DNA of 64,000 nucleotides, from the NCBI GenBank assembly GCA_965240325.2, contig OZ251244.1:1054001-1118000 (forward strand), written 5' to 3'. The stretch comes from Rebecca billardiae RCC1528. Taxonomy: Eukaryota > Protista > Haptophyta. Numbering within the stretch: position 1 is the first letter of the stretch; every line of letters starts with the position of its first letter. Below are positions 42,578 through 52,794 of this stretch, in pieces. Made by a program: the position numbers and the translations under genes. The notes beneath the pieces were generated by a model. That model had not been told where the DNA came from, did no database searches, and saw nothing but the letters and a program-made list of their open reading frames with translations.

Positions 42578-43109
42578 GGGGGGGGCTCGGTTAGTTTTGG
42601 GGTGGGGTTAGTTTTGGGGTGCCACTGGGCGCCGCACCGGGGTGGCTGCGCGAACTGGGAGAGCATGGCCGCTCCAGCTGCTCGCCATGTCCCACAAGGC
42701 GACGCTGGGCAACGGCTCTGCCCGTCTCGGTGGCATCGCGAGTGCTTCGGCGCGTCGCTTCCGCCTCATCAGGAGTGATTGCGGGGGGATCCCCAGCCTG
42801 GGCAGCACGAGAAGGCGGCTCGCTTCGCCAGCAATGCTGCCCACGAGCTCGCGCCGCGCGTGCGCACGCGCCTCCCGGGTTAGTTTTGGGGTGGGCCGGG
42901 TCGTTTGCTGGGGTCATTTTCAAACGCGCCTGGCGCGAGCATGTGCGGCCGCGGCGACCCGGCCCCAGCGGGTGCCTTACCGACACGGGCGTCCTCCGGC
43001 TTGTCCTCGACGGCGAGGGCGAGGGGTGCCCATCTTGCGTCCGTCCAAGCCTCTCCGCGAGGGGTGGTTTTGGCAGTTGAGGGCACCCCAAAACTAACCG
43101 CCCCCCCCC
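42578..43109. mobile_element. MITE-like non-autonomous DNA element
   Basis: Inverted termini G8-ctc-GGTTAGTTTTGGGGTG … CACCCCAAAACTAACC-g-C9, flanked by AT on both sides. The 16-mer recurs at 42606 and 42878. No coding capacity. Confidence 0.65.
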
Positions 43110-43805
43110 ATAGTGCACTGATCTGATGAATAGCGTCATAATATAGCGGCGGCCCGCGGCCGCTACTGTACCGGCTTATTATTATTCAGAATACAGTAGT
43201 TTACGCTACTAAGAATAAGAGACGCACAGGCAGCTCAGAGACGACGTCGACGGCAGTGCGCATAATATATATATTATAACAGTAGTAGCACATTGAGTCA
43301 GCTTAGTTGTCGATCGCCTGCAGTACATTATAATAATCGATATCATGTCAGATCTGATCTGCTGATCCTGACGCGCGCCCTGACCCGTAGGCGAGTCTGG
43401 GCGGCGGTAGCCTAGTCGCTAGCACACCGCCCTACGGCTACCGCGCCGTAAATGTATGTATTATAATGTACTCTGAACCGCGCGGCTGAACCCGCCTCCT
43501 GAAATCAGACCTGAGACCACGCGCGTACGTCTTCGCTGTGAGTTCACAATCACAAGGCTGCTTCGCCTTGCCGTGGTCGGTGGTGCTTCGCCCGCCTTGA
43601 CACAGGGGCCACTCGCAGCATGCTCGGCCGTGTTACTGGTACGATGCAGCCGCGGCGAGCGGCCGGGCAAACCGCATTCATCGTCGGCACGGGCAGGCCT
43701 GACGCCGTCAGTGCAAGCTGCAAGCACGGCGTCATCTAGTGCCAGGGCTGCCAGCTGCCGCCGCAGCTGCGTCGCACCCGTGTCAGTTATAGTGGCCTAG
43801 CTAGT

Positions 43806-43851
43806 TGACAGTCAGATGGACTGCAATCGCCACCAGTCCATCTGACTGTCA
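43806..43851. repeat. Perfect 18-bp inverted repeat with a 10-nt loop
   Basis: tgacagtcagatggactg-caatcgccac-cagtccatctgactgtca. Confidence 0.9.
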
Positions 43852-44622
43852 TACTATTTGTGACCCGCAATGCTGCAGTCAGGCCTCCTCGACGTATATA
43901 CTATGACAATGACGTGCGGAAAGGCGTGCACACGCGTCCTGGCGCATCTGGCAGGCGGCAGTCTTCGCCAAGATGATGAGAACAAGCCTGCAAGTGCTCG
44001 CCGCGCGGGTGCAGAGCGCGCGGAGAGTTCTGGGATACGACCCATGGTATTGGATGTACCTCGTGTGCGACGACGACGAGACGGACGAGAGCCGCAACTG
44101 GATTCGTGCACTCACCGGTCACTGAGGAGTGCAGGAATCGCGTTCCTCGCGCACGTGGGGGCCAACAGAGAGGTACACCCGACGGGGCGTGACACAGACT
44201 TCCACTGGCAGGCACTGGGATGTCGCTGTGACATGGTAAATGGAACCGGGTAGAAATGAAACAGGCGGCCTCCCGCCTCGGCCCCGACGCTGCCCTTGCA
44301 GCCGCAGCACGGCCGGCGGCGCCACCCGCGGCCCGGCGTCGTTGCGCGCTCGCCGCGCGCGCCGTGCCGCGAGACGTCGGCTTCGCGGCGCGGCCTGGGC
44401 TGCGCCTACGTGCCGCGTCTCCTGCGCCTCTTCGGCTTGGGCATGGGCGTCGGGACGGGTGCCGGCGCCATCCTGTGTGCAAGGAGCAGCAAGGTGAGTC
44501 AGGACTCAGGATGGGTGCAAATCCGGATGGGCGGGCGGCGGTTGGCGTTGCGCGCGCGAGGCAACACGGCGGCGGGATCCTACCGCACGCTGTATTTCGC
44601 TCGTGGGATGGGACCGCCGAGT

Positions 44623-45267
44623 ATGGCTCCGCCGCAGGAGACGCGCCCTTCTCGGCGTTGGGCGTGCACGGCGGTCGCGGCGACAGCGCTCGCCGCCACC
44701 GTCATCGCGCTCGCCTCGTTCCACGCCGGCTCGGCGGTCGAGCCGGAGCGATCGCACAAGGATTGGGTCCCCACGCCGAAGCACAAGTGGGGCGCGGGGT
44801 GCAACCAGTGCCTGTACCAGCGCTGCGCCCCGCACAAGCAGAACTGCGCCCGGACCAACGGGTACACCGACCCGCTGCACGAGGAGAGGTTCCGCTGCCT
44901 CTGCGGCTGCTGCCGCCTGCAGTGCAACTTCCCGCGCTACTGCGACGCGCACCACCTGGGAGGCGGCGGCGGCGGCGCCGGCGCGGCTGGTGGGTCCGAG
45001 CCGGCGCCACCCCCGCCACCGCCTTTGGATGCGGGCGGTCTGGGCGGCGAGGAGAGCGGCGGGGCAAGCGGCGGCTCGGGCGGCGGCTCGGGCGGCACCG
45101 GCACCGGCGCCGGCGGCACTGGCGGCGGCGGTGCGGGCGGCACCGGCGGTGGTGCAGGCGGCAGCACTGGCGGCGATGGTGGCTCAGGTGCAGGTGGCAC
45201 TGGGGGCACTGCGCCGGCACTTTCGCCGCCGCCTCCCCTCGGCGACGGCGGCACCGGTGGCCGCTAA
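44623..45267 (+). CDS. Signal-anchored Cys-rich domain protein with Gly-rich tail; paralog 1
   Basis: Hydrophobic anchor, then CNQCLYQRC-x6-C…CLCGCCRLQC…C and a Gly/Thr/Pro tail. Conserved with paralog 2. Start uncertain. Confidence 0.75.
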   Translation: MAPPQETRPSRRWACTAVAATALAATVIALASFHAGSAVEPERSHKDWVPTPKHKWGAGCNQCLYQRCAPHKQNCARTNGYTDPLHEERFRCLCGCCRLQCNFPRYCDAHHLGGGGGGAGAAGGSEPAPPPPPPLDAGGLGGEESGGASGGSGGGSGGTGTGAGGTGGGGAGGTGGGAGGSTGGDGGSGAGGTGGTAPALSPPPPLGDGGTGGR

Positions 45268-45854
45268 CGTGTCGTCATCCCAGACCGCAAGCCAGCAGGC
45301 TTCCCGTTATCCCAGCGCTGCCGATGACTGGCCGACTGGCCCGACGACTCCCAGGCCCAGTGAGGGAGGCCGGGGACAGCTGCTCTGGTGTGCCCGTTTG
45401 AGCAGCGCCCGCGACCGCGCGGGGCGGGCCTGCTGCTGAGGCACGAGCACTCATCGGACTTCGTCCCAACCGGACGATGCGCAGAATCTGGACCGCCCGC
45501 GCGCGGGCATTACCCGCGGCAAACTAAACTTGCCGACTTACCGATTTACTCTCAGATACCGACCGGCGGCATTGACCGCCACACCTGACTGGCACTGGCG
45601 CCGGGGCACCGGCGTGACGCCGTGACCGCTCTGACACTGGCAAGTCGGACCGGCATGCTGGAGAGCTGGGGCAGTGGCGTGTGAGATACCCGCACCGTTC
45701 GCTACCAATTAGACAGCAGGATGAACCAACCAAATGATGACTGATGAAAGAACCAAACCGTGAGCCGGTCAGGATTCAGTGCGGCGGGCGCGCGGGCGCC
45801 GCGCTCCGCCCGCCGCGGTGCGCGACCACTGCTATTTTTTCGGCGCAGGAGGAG

Positions 45855-47060
45855 ATGGTCGTGTCGCCGTCGAGCCCACCCGGCGCCGAGGCTGCGGCCC
45901 AGCCGCAGGAGAAGCGCCCCTCGCGGCGTTGGCCGTGCGCGGTGGGCGCAGCGACCGCGCTTGCCGCCACCGCCATCGCCCTCGCCTCGTTCCACGCCGG
46001 CTCGGCTGTCGAGCCGGAGCGATCGAACAAGGATTGGGTCCCCACGCCGAAGCACAAGTGGGGCCCAGGGTGCAACCAGTGCCTGTACCAGCGCTGCGCC
46101 CCGCACAAGCCGAACTGCGCCCGGATCAACGGGTACACCGAGCCGCTGGGCGAGCAGAAGTTCCACTGCCTCTGCGGCTGCTGCCGCCTGCAGTGCAACT
46201 TCCCGCCTGGGTGCGACGCGAGCAACGGCGGCGGCGGCGGCGGCGGCGGCGGAGGCGGAGGCGGCGCCGGTGCGGCTGGTGGGTCCGAGTCGGCGGCCGC
46301 GCCGCCGCCGCCTTTATCATCGGGCGGCGTGGGCGGCGACGGCGGCGGCAGTGCAAGTGGCGGCTCGGGCGGTGGTGCGGGCGGCACTGGCGCCGGCGGC
46401 GGCAGCACTGGCGGTGATGGTGGCTCAGGTGCAGGTGGTGCTGGGGGCACTGCGCCGGCACACGCGCCGCCGCCTCCTCTGAACGACGGCGGCACCGGCG
46501 GTGGTGCGGGTGGCACCGGCGGTGGCGCTGGTGGCACCAACGGCGGCGCTGGCGGCACCGGCGGCGGCACTGGTGGCACCGGCGGTGATGCGGCCGGCAC
46601 CGGCGGTGATGCGGGCGGCACCGGTGGCGGCGCTGGTGGCACCGGCGGTGATGCGGGCGGCACCGGTGGCGGCGCTGGTGGCACCGGCGGTGATGCGGGT
46701 GGCACCGGCGGTGATGCGGGCGGCACCGGTGGCGGCGCTGGCGGCACCGGCGGTGATGCGGGTGGCACCGGTGGCGGCGCTGGCGGCACCGGTGGTGATG
46801 CGGGTGGCACCGGTGGCGGCGCTGGCGGCACCGGCGGTGATGCGGGTGGCACCGGTGGCGGCGCTGGCGGCACCGGTGGTGATGCGGGTGGCACCGGTGG
46901 CGGCGCTGGTGGCATCGGCGGTGAAGCGGGCGGCACCGGTGGTGGTGCGGGCGGCGGCACTGGCGGTGATGGTGGCCCAGGTGCAGGTGGCACTGGCGGC
47001 ACTGCACCGGCACACGCGCCGCCGCCTCCTCTCAGCGACGGCGGTACCGGCGGGCGCTAG
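45855..47060 (+). CDS. Signal-anchored Cys-rich domain protein with long (GGTGGD/GA)n repeat; paralog 2
   Basis: Same Cys domain as paralog 1; 21-nt tandem repeats at ~46490-46960. A possible acceptor at 45848 could indicate an upstream exon. Confidence 0.78.
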   Translation: MVVSPSSPPGAEAAAQPQEKRPSRRWPCAVGAATALAATAIALASFHAGSAVEPERSNKDWVPTPKHKWGPGCNQCLYQRCAPHKPNCARINGYTEPLGEQKFHCLCGCCRLQCNFPPGCDASNGGGGGGGGGGGGGAGAAGGSESAAAPPPPLSSGGVGGDGGGSASGGSGGGAGGTGAGGGSTGGDGGSGAGGAGGTAPAHAPPPPLNDGGTGGGAGGTGGGAGGTNGGAGGTGGGTGGTGGDAAGTGGDAGGTGGGAGGTGGDAGGTGGGAGGTGGDAGGTGGDAGGTGGGAGGTGGDAGGTGGGAGGTGGDAGGTGGGAGGTGGDAGGTGGGAGGTGGDAGGTGGGAGGIGGEAGGTGGGAGGGTGGDGGPGAGGTGGTAPAHAPPPPLSDGGTGGR

Positions 47061-48689
47061 CAGTCGTCGTCCCGGGCCGCAGCCCAGCACGACCCCCTCA
47101 CCCCCGCGGGCCCCGGCACCGTCTTACGCAAACAGTCACTCGGCAATGAACACGCCGGCCCTCAGTCCTAAGACGGACGTTGCTGACGGCCGGCAGCCGT
47201 CTGACGAGTGCCAATGGCAATGAATGTATATATATATGATGAGCTGCGTGATGAGTGCGCTGGCGCCGACTGCTGACCCCGGGTCATCACGGACATCACG
47301 GTGCCAGTCGATCCGACTATAGTCACGGCCCGCGCGCGGCAGGACGGGCGGCCCGGACGCGCGCGCGAGGCACGATGCCATCATCAGTAGCTAGTGACGA
47401 GTCATCAGTGACGACTACTCGGTCACTGAGTCCGGCGGCGTCGGCCCGGCGGACCGATTGCCATCGGGCCCGCGCGCCGACTCCACGGAGTACGAGCACG
47501 GAGCAGACGACCGTGCAGCAGGCAATCGCGGGCAACTAAGACTTGAGTCAGACGAGATCATCTCACGGTGCGGGTACGGCCCGACGAGCGCGCCTAATAT
47601 ACGGAGCCTCCGGCCATTATATTATTATATTTCGTCGTCTTATATCGTACTTCATCGTAGGCGGTAGTCAATGTACAGTCCCCTCAACAATTGGTTACCC
47701 TTGTGTTTGGCTGTCTATACCAGCAGTCCGTCCGACTGTTTGAGGCCCACTGCTGCATGCTATCTGTTACTGCACCTATAGCCCTCACAGACCAGGTGGG
47801 TATGAGCTGGGCGGGTGTGTGGGCTGAGTCAGTCAGATACATTGAATGCAGGTGCACAACCGGCTGACGGGTGCTGCGCGGGGATGCTGGACCACCACGA
47901 GGGCAGGCAGGGATGGAAATTCACCCCCTGAGCAGGCTGTGGGCTGGCTGGCTGGGAGTGTAGCAGCTGTATAGTGGGCCCTGGCGCTGCAGCTGGATGG
48001 CCTTTGATACTGCCTAGCAGCCAGCCTAGCAGTACAGTCTGGCGTGAGCAGTGCGGTAGTTTATTCAGTGCGCAGGCCACGTCTCTGCGGGTGGTGGTCG
48101 GGGAATGGCCACCACAGTGCACCAGATGCACCTAGCCTGCCAGCGGCCCACCTGCTGATTGAGTATGCCCTGTAGCACAGCACACGAGCCGAAAATCAGC
48201 GGCGCGCTGTGCTACAAGCTGGGCTGAAAGGGGTGTGGGAGCCAGTCGAGAGCCTGTCGGCCACGCGGTCACGTCGTCCGAGCTGGCCGGCTTCACGTGC
48301 CGCTACCCACTGAGAAGTCCTCCAACTTGGTCACCCACCCGGCTGAAGTCATGATGGGTGGGTGCAGCTCGACCGAATGGAGAGTGCTGGGGCCGCAGGT
48401 GCCCGTCATGCAAGCCTAGGCGGCCAAGAGAAGGTGTGATGTGCAGGTGTGCTCTCCATAGCAGTAGGGTAATTTATTGTTGATACGAGAGGACTGTAAC
48501 AGGCCGCGCCTGTAGGTAGGCTGTACTCCAGTCGGCGCCGCCGGCCGGTACTGGTCCGAGTCTGATATGACGAATAATTAAATATTAATACCGCCTGCAT
48601 ATCATGTCAGTCCGTGACTAGCTCGGGCTCCGAGCGGATGACGTCGTAGTACGGACCGCGGCCCGCCGCGCAGGCAGCGGCGCGGGCGC

Positions 48690-51600
48690 TCAGCGGCCCG
48701 CCTGCTGGCGCTGCGGCACCGCCGCCGCCGCCGCCGCACCCGACGCGGCAGCGCCCGCCGCCGCGCGCGGCGCGACCTGATGCCGCGAGCCATCCGCCGC
48801 CGCCGCCTCGAGGGAGCGCTCGTCCACTGCAAACGGCGGCTCGAGCTGGTAGTAGATCACCGAGTAGCGGACGCCGTCGTCCGCCGCGCCGGGCTTGCCC
48901 GCGCCGCTCTTGCCGCCCGCTTTGCCCGCGCCCGCACCCGGCTTGCTCGCGCCGCCGAGCCGCAGCGCGCTGCCGCCGCCCGTCGGCTTGCTGGCGCCGG
49001 CCGCGCCGCCGCCGCCGCCGCCGCGGCCGCGGCGCTGCCCCACGGCCCGGAAGGGCAGCACCTCGTGCCGGTACCGCCCGTCGAAGCGGCACCAGCGGTT
49101 CTGCGTGTCCACGTCCACCGCGCCGCCCTGGCCGTACACACGCAGCTCGCCCCCGTCGTACCCGCTGCGCGCGTGGCTTCCGTCCCACGCGCCGCCGGCC
49201 TCGTCGGCATGCAGGATCGCCGCCGAGAGGCCGGTCGCCACCTGGTGGCCGGCGTCCTTCTCGTCGCGGTGGGGCGAGGCGCTGCGTGCCGCGCGGCGGC
49301 GGGCGGCGGCACGCGGCGCGTGTCAGAGGCCGCGGCACGCGCGCAGTCCAGCGCAAGACGCACGCTGCCGCGCCGCGCTCGGTTGGCCCAGCCAGCGCGC
49401 GCGCTCCGCGCGCACGGCGCGGCGCGGGCATGCGCGCACCGGAAATTCCGGTTGAAGCCGATGGACGTGGGCACAAAGTCCGGGTCGATCGCACTATGGG
49501 CGGTTGGTTGCGCGCGGCGGGCGTCGGAGAGCGATGGTGGTTGGGACGGTGGAGGTGCCGACGAGGCCGGAGAGAGGTGGCAGCAGCAGGGCAGCAGCGT
49601 GTTTTGTTGTGTTTTGTTTTGATGGCGGGTTTTTTTGTTTGATTGTGGGTGTGTCCGGTGGGAGTCCGGCGGGTGGCGGCGGCGAAGGGCGGGGCGTGCG
49701 GCCGGGGCGGCGCGGGCGCGCGAGGGCGGCATAGGGCGCGGGGGCGGGCGGTCAGCCTTGGCTGAGAGCGCGTGCGGCGGCAGGGTGGGCTGGCACCGTG
49801 CGCGCGCAAGCGCACAGCGCGGCGCGGCGCAGCGGCCGCGGCGCCGCGGCACCTGGGGGCTGGGGGCTCCTCCCAAGCTCCACCCCTCAGCCCAACCCCA
49901 GCGCACGGCGCGCCCTCGGCGTCGGCGCGCGCGTGGCTGGGCCCACAGGGCCGGGAGGCTTCGGGGTAGGGCGGGCTCGGGGTAGGGTAGGGTAGGCGCG
50001 TGCGCGCGCACACCTGAGCAGCTCGATCGCCGCCTCCCACAGCGGGGCGTGCCGACGGCGCAGCGAGTCGCCCCTGCTGACGCCCATGCCCTCGCGGAAG
50101 GCGAACGGCGTGCCGAACGCGCCGGGCGCGAGCGCCCCCGGCCGCGCGCTCGCCGGCAGCCGCGCCGTGCCCATCCCGAGGCTGAAAGCAAACTCGACTT
50201 GAATGCCGTCGCGCCGGCCGCTCGGGTTTCGGTTGTTGCCGGTCGACGACCAATCATGCGCCTCGAGGAGCTGGAAGAGCGCGCGCGCCTCGGGCACGGG
50301 CAGCAGCTGGCCGCGCCGCCGGCCGAGCCACGCCATCGACATGCCGCCGGCCTCGGCCGCGCCCGCCGGCCGCGCCGCCTCCGCCGCGCCGCCGCCGCCA
50401 GCCGCGCCGCCGCCGCCGCCGCCGACGCCAGCGCTGAGGCCCGCGCACGCGTGCGCGCGCGCGTGGCGGTGGCGTCGGCACAGGCGCGTGACCGCCGCCT
50501 CCTCGCGCGCGCCGCCCGGCGAGACGGGGACGGGCGAGCCCCGCGGCGGCGCGGCCGAGCCGCCCGCCTCGCCGCCCGCGCCGCCCCTCGCCGCGCCGCC
50601 AGCGCTGTCCAGCGTTCGCGCAACTTCAGCGGCGAGCGCCCGCGCCTCGGCCGGCCCGCCGGCGCACGCGCTCACGCTCAGCTCGAGGCACGCGCGCGCC
50701 GAGAGCGCGCGCCACCGCGCCGCCGTCTCGCCGTGCATCAGCGCCACGCGCGCCTGCACCGACAGCGGCGTGCACGCGTCCCCAATCAGCGCCGCCGGAA
50801 ACCGCCGCTGCAGCTCGCGCGCCGCCGCGACACACGCTTCGAGCGACGCGGCGCCGGCGCCGGCGCCGGCGCCGGCGCCGCTCGGCGCGGGCGGCGGGCG
50901 GGCGGCCCCGCCGCCGCCCGGCGCGGCGGCGGCTGACGTGGCGCGCGCGGCCGACTCGGCGACCGAGCGCGCCGTCGCCGCGGCGCCCTTGTCGATCGAC
51001 GGTGGCGGTCGCTCAGACGCGGCGAGGAGAAGCGCCGAGGCGGCGCGCTCGCTGAGCTCCAGGGCGACAACGCCGCAGAATGGCGGCGGGCCGACGCCCG
51101 GCGCGGCGCCGCCGCCGAGCGCGTCGGCGGCGGCAGTCGCCGCCGCCGCCACGCCGCCGCGCGGCTCCTCGCGATCTCCCGCGATCTCGGCGCGATCTCC
51201 CGCGATCTCGGGGTGCGGCCACGCGGTGCAGAGGTGAGCGTGGACGGGCGCGCACGGCGCGAGTGGCGCGAGCAGCGCGTTGAGGAGCGCGTGCGCGCGC
51301 GCGCAGCCGGCGCCGTGTGCGGCCGGCGCGCCGCTCGCGCCCCCACCGCTCCCGCCGCCGCCGGCTGCGCCCGCCATCGCCTCGAGGGAGAGGCCGCTAA
51401 TGAGAATCAAGCGGTTGGGCGGCCCGGCGCGCGCCGCGGGCGCGCTCGGCCTGGCGGCGGCGCCGCCGCCCTCGGCCGCGGCGGCCGCCGCGCGCGAGGC
51501 CGCCTCGAGGGCTCGCGCCGCGGACGCCGCCTCGGCGATCGCGTCGGACGACAGCTCCACCTCCCACGTCACCGCCGGCTGCTGCGGCGGCTGCGATCCC

Positions 51601-52061
51601 AGTGCGGCCGCGGCGCGCGGTGGGCGCGCCGCCGCCGGGCTCGAGCCGTTGGGCACGGCCGGAGGAGCGCCGCCGCCGTCGCGCGCGCCGCTCGCTGCCG
51701 CCTCACGCGCCGCCGCCGCCGCGCCCTTGCGCCGCTTGGGCGGCGCGGCGGCCGCGGCTCGGCCGCCGGCCGCGCGCGCCCCAAGCCGCGCCTCGGCCAG
51801 CTGCTGAAACGCGTTGCCGTTGGCGCTGTTGGCCGCTGGCGCCGTCGCCGTCGGCCTGGGTGCCTTGGGCGTCGTCGCACGGGCAGCAGCCGCCGGCCGC
51901 GCCGACGGCGCCGCAGGCGCGGCCGGCCGCGGCGCCGGCGCGGCCGGCCGCGCCGAGGCCGCGCCCGCGGCCGGCGGCGCGGGCGCGGCGTCGCGCGCGC
52001 TGGCGCCCGCGATCGCGCCAAAGATGTCGTCCACGTCGTCGCGCGCGCGCTTCTTCCCCAT
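48690..52061 (-). CDS. 2OG-Fe(II) dioxygenase, TET/JBP-like; exons 52061-50014, 49493-49440, 49281-48690
   Basis: Splicing gives …ELLSAIDPDFVPTSIGFNRNFRASPHRDEKD…YDGGELRV…RFDGRYRHEVLPF…RYSVIYY, i.e. HxD…H…RxS. GT-AG introns 50013-49494 and 49439-49282. The N-terminus MGKKRAR resembles an NLS. Confidence 0.8.
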
Positions 52062-52794
52062 CTCGGGCGAGGCCCCTTGCGGGTGCGCGCGTGGCGTGCG
52101 TGCGCAAGGGCTCACGCCCACGGCCAGCGAGCTGGGCGGCAGCAAGGGCGCCGGGCGGCCGTGAGAGCAGCCCCACGCACGTCGGTACGTCGGTACTCGC
52201 GAAAAAAAGGTGCTTCGTGGCCGTCTCATCGAGTTCGTCGCGAACTTGGCGCACGTGGCTGGCCGGCCGGCGGCGCCTTCGCTCATTTTCATCGGGCCGT
52301 GATGGTCTTCCGCCGCCGCCGGATGACCGAGGGGAACTGATGACGAGCTCACGAGCCGCATCGTCTTCGGCCAATTTCATTCCGAGGGCCGCCCAGCCAA
52401 AGAAATAGCCCAGCTAACGAGGCGCGCGCGGCCCGGCAGCCGTCTTGAACATTCTCAACGCGGGCCCGTAAAGAAGGCGAAGCAGCGGCGCGAAACAGCG
52501 GCAAAGCGCGCAGTGCCCAGCGTGATGCCTCGTCTTTCGACCTGGAGATTGCTCCGGGGCGTGCACCCGGCATCCAAAACAGTCCTCGACCAAGGCCCTT
52601 GCCTCGACGGCGGCACAATCTCTGACAAATCTGAAATCGGCGGCCGGATGACTGCACGCACGATCAGATGGATCGTCGGCCAAAACTGGAAAACACGCGA
52701 ACACGCGGTGAGCAACCGCGGCCGCGAGCTGCTGGCCAGAAGTCCTTCCTTTTGCGGCCGTCCTTGACCGCCTACAGTTTACTACAGTTTACTA

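Noticed and set aside
42559-43115. CACTA transposon (cactg…tagtg)
   Set aside because: No matching 3-bp TSD, and the left end does not align with the right beyond the first bases.
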